Shown: positions 35,773 through 49,750 of the stretch, one piece after another | Layout: each line of letters begins with the position of its first letter | Position numbering within the stretch: position 1 is the first letter of the stretch | DNA from: Squalus acanthias | Lineage: Eukaryota | Direction: 5' to 3' | Assembly (NCBI GenBank): GCA_030390025.1 | Contig: CM059431.1 | Coordinates: forward strand, 134,294,001 to 134,358,000 | DNA: 64,000 nt | The notes under the pieces: model-generated | Told to the model about the DNA's origin: nothing | Database searches by the model: none | The model's input: the letters and a program-made list of their open reading frames with translations, nothing else | Program-made: the position numbers and the translations under genes

Positions 35773-35936
35773 TGTTGCGGTGCCTTTAAGGCTGTGAGGC
35801 GTCCGATACAAGCCTTGGTGGGTCAACTTGTGCCGGAGCTCCACGTAGTGGGAGCTTGAAAGTTGTGGGCGGGGCCCTGAATGGTCGCTGTCGAATCAAA
35901 GCGGAGGTAAGTGGGTGTGACACCTTCTCTTGTCAT

Positions 35937-35955
35937 CCAATCAGAGCAGACCACG
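35937..35955 (+). promoter_or_regulatory. ER stress response element (ERSE; NF-Y plus ATF6/XBP1s)
   Basis: CCAAT-cagagcaga-CCACG is an exact CCAAT-N9-CCACG match, about 310 bp upstream of the ATG. Confidence 0.9.
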
Positions 35956-36267
35956 ATTGATCCGGCGAAATTTGGTGTTGGTTTAAGTGGGGCCTCGGGA
36001 TGATGATGTGCCGCTTGGCGCCTGAGAACGGCCAGGAAAACAAGTGAGGTGGAGATTGGAGCGTTTAGGGCGATCAGACTGTTGGGCGCGAGCGAGTGAG
36101 TTCCAGCGGGAGGCGGCAGTGGATCCACGGGAGGAATAATTCCGGGCGAGCGGCACAGACACAGCGTTCCCGGGAAGAGCCGCGGCTCGCCAGTGCGGGA
36201 GGAAGATTCTCGCGCTGTGCCATAACCTCAGAGGATTTGAACGGGCTGCAGGCCGTTACTGTCCGGG

Positions 36268-36349
36268 ATGGTGGCGCCACGAGCGTGTCTGACTAAAGTG
36301 TTCTCCTATTTCCCCTTCCTGCTGGTTCTCATTGATCTTCAGTATGAAG
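36268..36349 (+). CDS. DNAJC3: DnaJ homolog subfamily C member 3 (P58IPK), coding exon 1 (signal peptide)
   Basis: MVAPRACLTKVFSYFPFLLVLIDLQYE-G|gtaagg; compare human MVAPGSVTSRLGSVFPFLLVLVDLQYEG. 82 nt, phase 1. Confidence 0.96.
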
Positions 36350-38028
36350 GTAAGGGCGAGGAGGAAGCGGCGTTAGTACTGGGGGTGGTCTTGTGCTTGC
36401 ATTAGTGATCGAGGTAATTCATGTCATTTACTCAAACTTTTAATTCCAACTAGTTTAATTCCGTATGGAGCTTCCGCTTCCCCCCCCCTCGGTCCAGCCC
36501 CCATGTGTCTGGTCATCATTAGACTGATGGTCAGAGCTGAGCGAGCGTCAGGAGTGACAGGGCCCGACGTGACTTGCTGTAAGGGCAGCACTCTGCTGTT
36601 GTGCACTCTGCCTTCTGCTTTTCAAATAACTAGGAGATACCTCGGTGTGTACACGTACCCAGCTGTTGCATGCCACTACGGAGTGATGATGGTTATGGAA
36701 ATAAGTATGTCCTTAGTACAATCAATTTACTTTCTAGGCGATTATTTATCGCTCTACGAACTCGCAGGGATTGCAGTACATCAATCCAGATGATCATGTC
36801 AGCTATGGTACCGGCTATCTCGGGGGGGAAAAAAGTGTAATGCAATTGCCACATGATTTTCCAGCATCTTTATTATTTGAAAATAATGGCCAACTGGAAA
36901 TGAGAGGACAGTGGTTATTTTGTTGTTGAATGTTATAAACCACTTACTGTCTTTGTGAAGTGCTGAAACATCCCCGTTTCTGAAGGGTGCTTTAGATATA
37001 CAAGTTGGCTGTTTGCTGGTGACCCCTGACTTTTGTCATCTGTGTAACTAGCTAAATATTGAATTAGTTATGAGTGTATTAATTTGGATACTGGAGGTGA
37101 AACATTAGTAGAATCTTATTCTCAAGTATATTTCTTCAATATCCCTTTGTGAACATTGTATTATTGAGCACAGCACAAAATGAATGGAACTAATTACTTG
37201 CACTGAACTTTCTGTCCAAGGTAAAAGTAGACTGTTGATTTGGGGACAGTTGAAAAATATAACTTGCATGATCTGATCCATGAGTGTGTTAATTGTTGGC
37301 AAGTTCATTTTTTTGACATTCGCAATTTTCTAATCCAAAGGCACAATTCCTGAATCTAGAGCTTTGAAAAATTATGAGTAACCTGTTTGATCAGTGGGAA
37401 CATAGTGCTTTTGTTTGCATTGTTCTATTAGAATGTTGTCTCAGTGTATCTCTGTAAAAGCTTATTTTTCTGTTGCTAGGTCCAGTTATCCAGAGTATTT
37501 TGTCATGTTGACTGGTGGTGTCTTCAAACCAGTATCTATTGCTGCTGAAGGGGTCAAGATCACTAATGTTGCAAAGCTTGTCACAGGAAGAACATGCTCC
37601 CAGTCATGTTTTATTTGGGCACATTTGTCTTGTGTTTTCTTCCTGGAATCAATTAACAGTTCCATGAATTTGACCTGGATGGTAGGTCAAGCTGACCGTG
37701 CAATTAATACTTGATGACTTAATATGTTAATAACCTATATGGGAGTTCTATCTGCTTTTACCCTCTTGCCCCAAGTTGATGTAACTCTGCTGCTGCATAG
37801 TACTCTGACAAAAAGCTAGTAAAAATTAACCCTATGATAGCCTACATTTGTAAAATTCTGTTGTCTGTATTAAACATGTATAAAGACCTACATTGACTCC
37901 TGATCCTCCAATTTAAATTCTCATCCTTGTATTTGAATCCCTTAATCGCCTCACCCCATCTATCTCTCTAACCTCTGACAGCTTCACCCTACCCTGAACG
38001 CTGCTCCTCCAAGCCTGGTCTTTTGTGA

Positions 38029-41000
38029 ACATAACATAAGAAATAGGAGCAGGAGTAGACCATTCAGCCCTTCAAGCCTGCTCTGCCATTCAATAAGATC
38101 ATGGCTGATCTTCTACCTCCATTCCACCTTCCTGCACTATTCCCATATCCCTTGATTCCATTCGTATCCAAAAATCTATTGAGCTCTGTCTTGAATATAC
38201 TCAATGACTTAACCTCCACAGCTCTGAGGTAGAGAATTCCAAAGATTCACAACCCTTTGAGTGAAGAAATTTCTCCTCATCTCAGTCCTAAATGGCTGAC
38301 CCCTTATTCTGCGACTGTGATCCCTAGTTCTAGACCCCCAGCCAGGGGAAATATCCTCCCAGCACCTACCCTGTCAAGCCCCTTAAGAATTTTATATATT
38401 TCAATGAGATCACCTCTCATTCTTCTAAACACTAGGGAACATAGGCCTAGTCTATGCAAGCTCTCCTCATGGGACAATTCCCTTATCCTCGGAATCCGTC
38501 CAGTGAACCTTCATTGCACGCCCTCTAAGGCAAGTATATCCTTCCTTGGGTAAGGAGATGAAAACTACACCGTACTCCAGGTGTAGTCTCACCAAAGCCT
38601 TATATAATTGTAGTAAGACTTCTTTACTCTTGTACTCCAATCTCTAAAGGCTAACATACCATTTGCTTTCCTAATTGCTTGCTGTACCTGCATTTAACCG
38701 TCTGATTTGTGTACAAGGACACCCAGGTCCCTCTGAATACCAACATTTCTCAGTCTCTCTCCATTTAAAAAAAAAAAAAATAAAATAATAATTCTGCTTT
38801 TCTATTTTTCCTACATAGTGGCTAACTTCACACTTCTCCACATTATATTCCATCTGTCATGTTCTTGCCTGCTCACTTAACCTGTCTATATCCCTTTGCT
38901 GCCCCTTTGCGTCATCCTCACAACTTGCTTTCCCACCTAACTTTGTATCATCTGCAAACACTCGATCCCCTCATCCAAATCATTGATATAGATTGTGAAT
39001 AGCTGAGGCCCAAGCACTGATCCTTGCGGTACACAACTAGTTACAGCCTGCCAACCCGAAAATGGCTGTTTATTCCTATTTTCTGTCCGCTAACCAATCC
39101 TCAATCCAAGCTAACATATTATCCTAGTCCCATGAGCCCTAATTTTGTGTAAAAATCTGTGTGGCACCTTATCAAATGCTTTTTGAAAATCCAAATACAC
39201 TACATCCACTGGTTTCCCCCTTATCTACCCTGCTAGTTACAACCTCCAAAAACTCTTAGAATTGTCAAACACAATTTCCCTTTCATAAATCCATGTTGAC
39301 TCTGCCCAATCATATTTTCTAAGTGTCCTGTTACCACGTCCCTAATAATAGATTCTAGCATTTTCCCTACTACTGATAGCAGGCTCACTGACCTGTAGTT
39401 CCCTGTTTTCTCTCTCCCTCCTTTCTTGAATAGCGGGGTTACGTTTGCTACCTTCCCATCCAAGGTGACCATTCTTGAATCAAGTGAATTCTGGAAGATC
39501 AAAACCAATGCATCCACTATCTCTATGGATGCTAGGATGTAGGCCATCAGGTCCAGGGGATTTGTCAACTTTTATTCCCGTTAATTTCTCTAGTACTATA
39601 TCTTAATTTCTTTAAATTCCTCATTCTTGCTAGACCCTTGGTTCCCCCCTACTTCTGGAATGTTTTTTGGTGTCGCAAAGTATTTGTTTAATGTTTATGC
39701 CATCTCCTTATTGCCCATTATAATTTCTCCTGTCTCTGCCTCTAAGGGACCCACATTTACTTTTGCAAATCTCCTTTTTACATATCCATAGAAGCTTTTA
39801 TAATCTGTTTTTATGTGTCTTGCTAATTTATCTTCTATATTCTCTTTCTTTTTCTCAATTTCTTGGTCATCCTCTGCTGAATTTGAAAATGCTTCCAATC
39901 CTCAGGCTTACTACTCTTTGGCAACATTATAAGTCTCTTCCTTTTAACTAATACTATCTTTTAACTTCTCTTGTTAGCCACAGTTGGACCATTTTTCCCG
40001 TGGGGTTTTTAATTCCTTATGGGAATGTATATCCATTGCGAATTATGAATTCATTCTTTAAATGTTTGCCATTGCTTATCTACCATCCTATCTTTTAATC
40101 TAGTTTCCCAATCTACCTTAGCCAACTGGCCCCTCATACCTACGTAACTTGCTTTGTTCAGATTTAAGACCCTAGTTTTGGACTTTAACTACTCTCAAAC
40201 TCCATATAAAATTCTCATCTTGTGATCACTCTTCCCCAGAGGCTCCTTTACTACAAGGTTATTAATTGGCCCTTTCTCATTTCACAATAGTAGAGCTAAA
40301 ATAGCCTTATTCCCTAGTTGGTTCTTCGACAGACTGATCTAGAAACTATCTTGAATATATTCCATGAACTTGTCCTCCACACTATTACTGCAAATTTGGT
40401 TTGCCCCGTCTATGAAGATTAAAGTCCCTCATGATTACTATGTTACCTTTGTTACATGCACGTCTAATTTCCTATTATATACTCTGCCCTTCACTACAAA
40501 TACTGTTAGGGTGCCTATAAAGTACTCCCACCAGTGTTTTCTGCCCCCTGTTGCTTAGCGCCACCCCAACTGATTCTACATGATGATTTTCTGAGCGAAG
40601 ATCCTTTTTCTCTGCTGTCTTTATACCATCCTTTATTATCAGGGCTACCCCACCTCCTTTTACATTTTGCCTATTTCTTCTAAAAGTCAAGTATCCTGGA
40701 ATATTTAGTTCCCAAACTTGGCCACTCTGTAACTACATCTCTGTAATGGCTATTAGATCAAACCCATTTATTTCTATCTGTGCTATTAATTCATAATTTT
40801 GTTGCAAATGCTTTGCGCATATAGATATAGTACCTTTAGCTTTAATTTTTTCTATTTTTCCTTGATGTCACTTTAGTCTCTAATGCCCTATTAGCTTTGT
40901 TAAGCCCTCTCTCCCTTCCTGACCCACTCTGCATATTTTTACCCTGATCGCTATTCTGCTCTACAGCTGTGACATTTCTCTTACTGCTTTTGAATTTACC

Positions 41001-41120
41001 TTTTCCTGAATCCCCCACCCCATCCTTCATTAGTTTAAAGCCCTATCTACTGCCCTAGTTATTCGATTTGCCAGGACATTGATCCCAACGGAACAGCTCC
41101 CTCTTCCCCAGTACTGGTGC
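38029..41120 (-). mobile_element. Decayed CR1 LINE covering most of ORF2, in DNAJC3 intron 1
   Basis: 3' UTR at about 38030; RT and endonuclease fragments in ORFs 38671-40690. Confidence 0.9.
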
Positions 41121-42462
41121 CAGTGCTCCATTAATCGAAAAGCTTCCTTCTCTTTGTCCTGCCATTGGCGGCTGTGCCTTCAGCCGCCTAGGCCTGATGC
41201 TCTGGAATTCCCTGCCTAAACCCCTCCACTTCCCTACCTCTGCCCTTTTTTTTTCCAAGACCTTCCTTAAACTCCATCTTTTTCCCTCCAATTACCTCCT
41301 CCTTTTGCTCAGTGCCCATTTATTTCTGATTACGCCTCTGAAGTGCTTTCGGATGTTTTTCTGTGTTAAAGGCACTATATAAATGGAAGTTGTTGTGCCC
41401 ACCAGCACAATTGTTTTTTTTTGCGGAAATGGATTTGCTCCTTCTCAAAGTGTGTTGATGCTGAGGAGCTGAATGCTTTTTCCCCTCCTGGCATCAAGTC
41501 ATCTTACAAAATTACACTCCCAGCACTGGTTGTGCACCCACTAGGAATTCATATCGGGAATTTGTGTGTGTACTGCCCACTATTTTCTATTTGTTAATGG
41601 ATGGAAAATTATGGTACGTGCCCGAATGCCGTATGTGATACTGTGCCAGGAGTGTGGTCTTGTAAAATTATTCTTGTCTGAAGCTAGTACTTCTAGGTTA
41701 TGTATAGCCTGGACCAGATTCAGAGTAAGATCCCTATACTTGGAGGCAACCTGAGGGCACATCAGTGAGTTTTGTCCAACCGTTGATGTGAATGCTCCAA
41801 TCCAAAGGCATTACTGCAAGTTAATTTTAACGTTCAGTTCCCTGATGACTGAGCACATACCAAATTTCACTCCCTGCACTGCTCAACTGGACAGCAGTAG
41901 GGGTGCTTCAATTTGTCTCAACTTCCTGGGTTAGGTAGGGCAACATCAGCTGAGGTTCCTGCTCCTGATCAGTATTCTGTATCTACTGCAATTGCACATG
42001 TGGGGTCATTTAAGTTAAGACGGGTTTAGGTTCTGCTGTGTTGCACTCCTAACCCTGTGGTCAAATAGCCAGCTGGCTCTTGCTGTGAAGGCTCACAAAG
42101 TAACTACTTGGCTGAGGTACTGGAGGGCGACCAGTTCCCATGGAACTGCACCCTAGAAACAAAACCGTGACTTTAGAAGGAAAGAGGAGAAAATGGGGTG
42201 GTGGTGGAGAATTGTGTTCAATTTATAAAAACAAAAAGTAAACTGGTCTTCTAACAGTTATGCTCTGCGTTGGATTAAGCACTGAAGTGTGCACCAGTGA
42301 TGAAGATATCACTCTCCTGAAGGCCAGCCATTGCAAGGTAAAAAAATTTAAATAGTTCCTTTTTGTATGGGAAAGAAAAGGCTTGGAGAGTTTATTTTCA
42401 GTATAATCCCAATGTGTTCTTTTGCTTTTTTTTCCTACTACAAGTAAAATAGTGATTTTATT

Positions 42463-45058
42463 TGTCAGCAGGTCAGGCAGCATCTGTGGAGAGCGAAAGA
42501 GTTAACATTTCAGGTCGATGACCTTTTGTCAACTGGAAAAAGTTCGAGATGCAACAGATTTTAAGCAAATGCAGGGGGAGAGGGGAGGAAAGAACAAAAG
42601 GGAGGGACTGTGACAGGGTGGAAGGCAGGAGTGATTAAATGACGAAAGGTATGATAGTACAAAGCAAAAGGAGATGGTAATGGGACAAGAAAGGAACAAA
42701 AGATGGGTCTGGAAGAAGTATGGCAGAATCATCATCAGCTGCTATCTGGAAAAAATAGGGGCAGAGGTTATGGTCTGAAATTGTTGAACTCGATGTTGAG
42801 TCCAGAAGGCTGTAAATGCCTAATCGAAAGATGAGGTGCTGTTCCTCGAGCTTACGTTGAGCCTTGTTGGAACAGTGTAAGAGGCTGAGGGTGGAGTGGA
42901 GAATTAAAGTGACAGGAAGCCTGGGGTTACGCTTGCGGACTGAACGGAGGTGTTCCGCAAAGCGGTCACCCAATCTGCGTTTGATCTCCATCATGAGCAG
43001 TGAATACCGTATACTAAATTGCAAGAAGTACAAGTGAATTGCTGTTTCACCTGGAAGGCATGTTTGGGGCCCTGGATAGTCGGAAGGGAGGAGGTAAAAG
43101 GGCAGGTGTTGCATCTCTTGTGCTTGCACGGGAAGGTGCCGTGGGAAGGAGAGGGGGTGTTGGGGGTGATTTGAGGAGTGGACCAGGGTGTTGCGAGAGA
43201 GCGGTCCCTTTGGAATGCTGAAAGGGGAGGGGGAAGATGTGTTTTGTGGTGGGATCACATTGGAGATGGCGGAGGATGAGCCATTGAATGTGGAGGCTGG
43301 TGGGGTGAAAGGTGAAGACAAGGGAAACCCTATCGTGGTTCGGAGAGGGAGGGGAAGAGGCGAGAGCAGAAGTGCGTGAAATGGAACAGACATGGTCGAG
43401 GGCCATGTCAACCACTGTAGAGGGGAATCCTCCGTTAAGGAAAAAGGAAGACCTATCAGAAGCACTAGTATGGAAGGTGGCATTATCGGAACAGATGTGA
43501 CGGAGATGGAAAAATTGGGAGAATGGAATTGAGTCCTTGCAGGAAGCTGGGTGGGAGGAAGTGTAGTCCAGGTAGCTGGGAGTCAGTGGGCTTCTAGTGG
43601 CTGTTTGTCGATGGCCTATCCCCAGAAATGGAGACAGAGAAATCGAGGAAGGGAAGAGTCGGAGATGGACCATGTTAAGGTGAGGGAAGGGTGGAAATTG
43701 GAAGCCAAGTGAATGAAATTTTCTAGTTCAGGGCGAGAGCAGGAAAAGGCACCGACAGTCATCAATGCACCGGGAAAAAGAGGTGAAGGAGGGGACTGGA
43801 GTAGAACTGGAACAAAGAATGTTCCACATATATCTCCAATGCAGGCATAGCTAGGACCAATGCAGGTTCCTATAGCAACACCTTTAATTTGGAGGACGTG
43901 AGTGGCGTCAAAGGAGAAGTTGTTCAATGTGAGAACAAGTTCAGCCAGGCGGAGGAGGGTGGTGGTGGATGGGGACTGGTTGGGCCTCTGTTCAAGGAAG
44001 AAGCGGAGCACCCTCAGGCCATCCTGGTGGGGGATGGAGGTGTAGAGGATTGGTCGTCCATGGTGAAAAGGAGACGGTTGGGGCCAGGAAACTATAAACT
44101 GTTAAAGTGGTGGAGGGTGTATGAAGCATTGTGGATGTAGGTGGGAAGAGACTGGACAAGGGGAGAAAAAAAGTCGAGATAGAAAGAAATCCGTTCCGTG
44201 GGGGAAGGACAGGCTGAAATGATGGGGCTACTAGGGAAGTGCTGTTTGTGGATCTTGAGAAGGAGGTAGAAGTGGGTTGTGCGGGGTTGGGGGACTATGA
44301 GGTTGGCGGCCGTGGAGGGACGATCTCCAGAGGAGGTCAGTGAGGGGCTTGGAAACGATGGCTTGATGTTCAGTAGTGGGGTCATGGTCCAGGGAAAGGT
44401 AGGAGGATGTGTCAGAGTTGGCGTTCAGCCTCCGCAAGGTAGTGGTCGTTCACCAACAACAGCGTCACCCTTGTCAGCAGGTTTAATGACCATGTTAGGG
44501 TTGGATCTAAGAGAATGGAGTGCTGCAAGTTCAGAGGGAGATGGGTTGGAGTTGAGGGGAGCAGAGAAATTGAGATGGCCGATGTAACGCCGGAAGTTTG
44601 CTAGGAAAAGATCTAGAGAGGGGAAGAGGCCAGAGGGAGGGGTCCAGGTAGAACGAGAATTCTGAAAACTGGAGAATGGGTCCGCTGTTTGAGAGGAAGA
44701 CACCTGGCCAAAGAAGTGGGCACAGAGACGAAGGCGACGTAAAAAGCTCAGCGTCGTGACGAGTTCAATTCATTGAGGTGGATCAAGAGTTCAGCAATTT
44801 CAGACCATAATCTCTGCCCCTATTTTTTCAATGGCAGCTGTTGATGATTCTGCCATTCCCATTTACACCTCTTCTAGACCCATCTTTTGTTTCTTTACTT
44901 GTCCCATTACCATCTCCTTTTGCTTTGTACAATCAAGGTCATTAACCTGACATGTTAACTCTGTTTCTCTCTCTGCAGATGCTGCCTGACCTGCTGAGTA
45001 TTTCCAGCATTTTCGGTTTTTATTTCAGATTTCCAGCATCCGTAGTATTTTACTTTTG
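42463..45058 (-). mobile_element. Penelope-like retroelement (RT plus GIY-YIG, decayed) with an inverted pLTR at about 44781-45058
   Basis: VIKPADKG, LTLNNFSF...QIKGVAIGT, YLDYTSSHP..CKDSIPFSQF, RRLGDRFAEHLRSV. The terminal segment is repeated in opposite orientation. Confidence 0.88.
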
Positions 45059-45214
45059 ATTTATTTGTCATGCTGTTTTACAGAGCCTACAATTGCTTTA
45101 TCCTGGCGTATTCTATATGAAAAGAAGTGTTTCCCTGGGCTGCTCCGCAGAGCCATGCTGCTCTGAACTCTGGTTCTATGCAAACTGCTCAAATTTTCTC
45201 AATAGACCTTGATG

Positions 45215-47460
45215 TACAATAGGATATACAGCACAGAAACAGGTCATTGGGCCCAACCAGTCCATGCCAGCGTTTTTGCTCCACTCGAGCCTCCTCCCAT
45301 CCTTCCTCATCTAACTATCAGCATAACCCTCTATTCCCGTCTCCCTCATATGCTTATCTAGCTTCCCCTTAAATGCATCTAAACTATTCGCCTCAACTAC
45401 TGCCTATGGTAGCGAGTTCCACATTCTCACCACTCTCTGGGTAAAGAAGGTTCTTCTGAATTCCCTATTTGATTTCTTGCTATCTATCTTCTATTGATGG
45501 CCTCTAGTTTTGCACTTCCTCACAAGTGGAAACATGCTCTCTGGGCTCGATTTTTAGCCCTGAGGAGGCGGGTTTGGAGGCGGGTCGACAGCAAAAATCA
45601 GAAAAAATGGCTTCAGACTGCATCCCGCCCCCATGCGATTTTCGTGAGTGTCGGGTCAGCCGATCCAAACTGACCCGGTGGGACAAGTAGTTAAGGCAGT
45701 TAACAGCCTGTTAACTGCCTTGCTAATCCTATTTTTATAGTGGTTTCCCATTTTCGTGCTTCTGGCTCCTGTTTCCTGTCTTGTCAGAAACACGCTGCAA
45801 GGAGATGAGTTTCTCGAGGATTTGTAGTCATTGGTGCAGCACTTTAAAAGTGCTCCTGTAACATGGCTGACATTCAAATGCAACACTTTGTTGTTGGAGG
45901 TTTGGGATAAGATTTTGCAAATCTAATGACCTTGTGACTGTTCAAGCTGACACCCATCTGCAGTGTTACCTGATTGGAATAATTTCAGGCCACTTTGAGT
46001 GCGTGCTTGCAAGCTTCTTGCCTCAGCTGAAATCTATAGCAACGGGATGGGAACCATTTACATCCTCATCCTGGTCGTCCGATTCGGAGGAAGAGCAGCT
46101 GCAGCAGCGCCACAACAGTAGCACCAGCGTGCCTACCTCCTCCTCACCCACTTGATGCTGCACTGGACACAGGGCATCAGCCCCTGACAAAATTGCTGGC
46201 CGGGAGGCTAGCGATGGCATCACCATGGCCAGATTTTCTTTACTTGATGCTGTAAACCCTGGCTGCCACATGATGCACCAGGTTGACACCATCCCACACC
46301 AGCACTGTGAAGCATCCCTTTAATGTCCAAGCCATTCCATGCACACACATCATTATAGTGGGGGGGAAGGAGAGAGTTATGACTGAACAATCACGAACTC
46401 AGTAAGACACTTCTCAATGTGCGCTCAGATCTGTCCAAATAAGGGGCACTTTTGGAAAAAGATATTACACTGTATGACAACACATTACCAGAAATGTCAC
46501 ATGGCCATTGGCTGAACCCCTCAAGTGCCTACCCTTGTGTGTTAGTTGGTATGCTTGCAGTAGGATGAGGGTGAGTGTGCGGGGTGGCGAGTGAGATGGG
46601 GAAGTGATAAAGTAGTTAGAGAGGGCTGGGTGGATGTGCAAGGTAAGTTGGTGTCCTGGGACGGTCTCTTCCGCACTTGGAAGGGAAGCGAACATCCCTG
46701 CGTGCAGTGACTCCCTCCATAAGCATATGGAGGGAGTCATTGGAGAGCCTGGGTGCAATTGTTCACCTTTGTGCTGTGTTTGCAGCACCTCAATGCTGTC
46801 AAACACTGACGGATCAACTGTCAATATAAAATTGTGCATGGCCCCTTTAAGGAAACCGGCAGCTGACGCGTCCTCAAATGGCCTCCTCAGACCCGCTTCC
46901 TGTTAATTGGCCAGTAGGGCGGGCTTAACAAGGCCAATCAAGGGAAAATCACATCTGCAGAGCTGAGGCAGCTGGGTGTGGACCCGGAAACCAGCTGACC
47001 CGCCCCCATCCCGCCTCCAGAATTAAATTTGCGGCCTCTGACTGCTTTACCTTTCAGAATTTTAAAGACCTCTATTGGGTCACCCCTCGGCCTTTTCTTT
47101 TCAAGAGAAAAGAAACAGACTGTTCATCCTTTCCTCATAAGTTCTGGTATCGTGCTTGTAAATCTTTTTTGCACCTTCTCCAGTGCCTCTATCCTTTTTA
47201 TAATCTGGCAACCAGAACTGTACAAAATACTCCGCGTGGTCTAACCAAAGTTCAATACAAGTTTAGCATAACTTCTCTTTTCAATTCTATCCCTCTAGAA
47301 ATAAACTCTAGTGCTCGGTTTGCTTTTGGTATGGCCTTATTGACCTACGTTGCAACTTTTAGCGATTTGTGTATTTGTACTCCCAGATCCCTTTTCTATT
47401 CTACCCCATTTAGATTCTTATTTTCTAAGTAATCTGTGACCTTATTCTTGCCAAAATCTA
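45215..47460 (-). mobile_element. CR1 3' fragment interrupted by a Harbinger-like element
   Basis: CR1 3' sequence at 45215-45542 continues at 47037-47460. Confidence 0.75.
45543..47036. mobile_element. Degenerate Harbinger-like non-autonomous element
   Basis: GGGCTCGATTTT...AAATTTGCGGCC ends, TCT on both flanks, ACCCG-rich subterminal motifs. Confidence 0.6.
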
Positions 47461-48393
47461 CACTTGTGTTGTATTACCCTCTTGTCCACCTGGTTGTTGT
47501 GCTCCAACTACCGGTGAAATTTTTAATATTATGAAAGAACAATAGTTTTTTCTAATCATTGGGCACTTCAGACTTGTCAGTAGACTGTCTGAATTATCTT
47601 TAAAGCTTTAGTGCTGGCAACTTGACTTGTATTGGTTTCAGTCTGCTGGTACACATCTTGTATTGCACTGCCGTGATGTAAGAGACATAGGATAACCATG
47701 TGACACTTGTACACACTAATGTACAAGTAGAATTTAGATGCAAGGCAGAAGTTTAATCTAGTTATTGGTGCAAAATGTGAATATTTTGCCATCCAGTTTT
47801 TAAAAAAAAAATACAAACTGGAGTGTAAAGCAGAAAAGGATGTACCCTTGGAGTAAAAATAATTTATGAATTAAACATTTGTTCCCATTAAGTTCTGTTG
47901 GTCTCTCATGAAATTGAAATATCAGATGCATTTTACAATCACATAATTAATTTCTCTAGTCATAACCAAGCCAAACATTGCAATAATCTTGAATGTTTTT
48001 CTGAAGAACAAATCTTGTGGACTGATGTTTTGGATATGTTATGCACTGATAAATTTGTACCAGAATGTCTTGATTAGCTCAGAATAGACAATTGCACACA
48101 TCTGACTTCTTCTGCATAACAAAATAATTTTTTGGGATGCCTCCTAAAGCTTTACAAATAAATGATCCACTTTAATAATCACTAGTGCTCTTTTAGAGTG
48201 CCTTGTTTGAAATTTCATTAGTATCAGAAGTTACAGCAAAGAAATTTTGAAGTCTCGATTTCTTGACTGTAACCTGTTAATCTATCCGCCATAACCTTTT
48301 GAATCCGATTTAATATTTTTGGGGTCATTTGGATGCATTATACTTTGACTGAGCACTAATATCAGTGTCAAGCATTCATAATTTAAACACCGT

Positions 48394-49080
48394 GACCTGG
48401 AGTTTCCGCTCGATTGCGCTGATTTTTTGACGCAGTTAGCTCTATCGGCGTAACCAGCACAAAGATCATGGAATTTTCAGTGCAACTCAAGTTTCCACAA
48501 TCTTTTGTGCTAATTTTAAAAACATGGTGCGAGAAGCAGGCCCTCGCCCACAAAACTGACTGCTTCCCCAGGGTAAATTAATCACCATTTGGAGTTTCCA
48601 CTAATTGCGCTCGTTTGCAAGCCTGTGAGGCGGCTCCAAGGCAAGGACACTTAGATACCTTTTGAACGGTTTTGACTGAAATTAAAAAAAATATTTACTA
48701 AGGAACTGACTACTATATCCCAATCTAACTAGAAAATAGTTTTGTATATTTTCTAAGTCATTTTCAGTTATTTAAAATTGGGTTACTCACAGGTGGTGGA
48801 TTGACACTGATTTAAAATGCTTATTTTTTTGTGTGAACCCCATTTTCAGCTGTATCAATCAAATTTTCCCAAGTTTAAATATAAAGGAATATTTTGTAAA
48901 GAATTTTTTTAATTACTTTTTAAAACACTGCCCGATTACACTGGTTCACGGCCGATTTTGGGTTTGGTGATATGAAAATGAGTTTAAGTGGAAACTCTGG
49001 GGTGGGTGGGGGACACTTTTCAAAACGGGTGCAATTTGCGCCGGAATTGCCGATTGCACCCAAAGTGGAAACTCTAACCC
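48394..49080. mobile_element. TIR MITE (Harbinger-like)
   Basis: GACCTGGAGTTTCC...GGAAACTCTAACC termini. Confidence 0.65.
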
Positions 49081-49392
49081 AGTATGGCTGAATGCAGAGT
49101 AAATTCAAGCTATTCTTCTTGTCTTAACCAGTGTGGCAGACTAGGTTAGGTTATCAGTTTAATGCCAAATTTTGTGCTTTGTAGGAAATGGATTCAGGCA
49201 AGGCATACTTGTTTCAGGTAGGAATCTTGCAGCTGTCAGCAGAGGGAGGTTGCAAGGTTCTTGATGTGATGCCATGTTCATACAACTAGTCCGAACTTTG
49301 TCACTTGTGTGTCATATGGTGAGATTCATAGTTTGATTTGTATATTCTTGGTAAAACATTTTTTTGGACCATTGTTAAAAGGAAAAAATTTA

Positions 49393-49750
49393 GGGGGCTA
49401 AATTCAGTTGATTTGCACCTCCCATTAGCACCCTCTTAGGGCACTAACTGGACACAAATCAACTAGCGCCTGGGCGTGGCGCTGCTAATGCCTCCTGCAA
49501 AATTCAGCGGGAGGTTAGCGTGGCGCTGCGCCGCCAGCGATGATGTCATCACCGTGCACAGCACCCTGCTCGTGCCCCGGCTGTAATACTGGGTAGCGCC
49601 CTCCGACTTACCGCCGGACGTTATGTCCGAGGGGCCTACCTGCTGCTGGGACGGCGCTAGTTAAAGGGGAGCTGGCGGGTGGCCATTTTTGTTGCTGGCC
49701 GCCTGCCAGCGCCTGCCCCCATTGTTGTCCCCGGCCCCCCCCCACCCCCC
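49393..49750 (+). mobile_element. Harbinger left-end fragment
   Basis: TTA^GGGGGCTAAATTCAGTTG..., homologous to 2076 onward. Confidence 0.75.

Larger units (their letters stand above)
35775..36600 (+). promoter_or_regulatory. CpG-rich promoter/first-exon region of DNAJC3
   Basis: High CpG density in non-repeat DNA. GC box GGGCGGGGC at 35867-35875. CCAAT boxes at 35937 (+) and 36055 (-). Confidence 0.85.

Noticed and set aside
36041..36059. Second ERSE on the minus strand
   Set aside because: CCAAT-N9 is followed by ACTTG, not CCACG.
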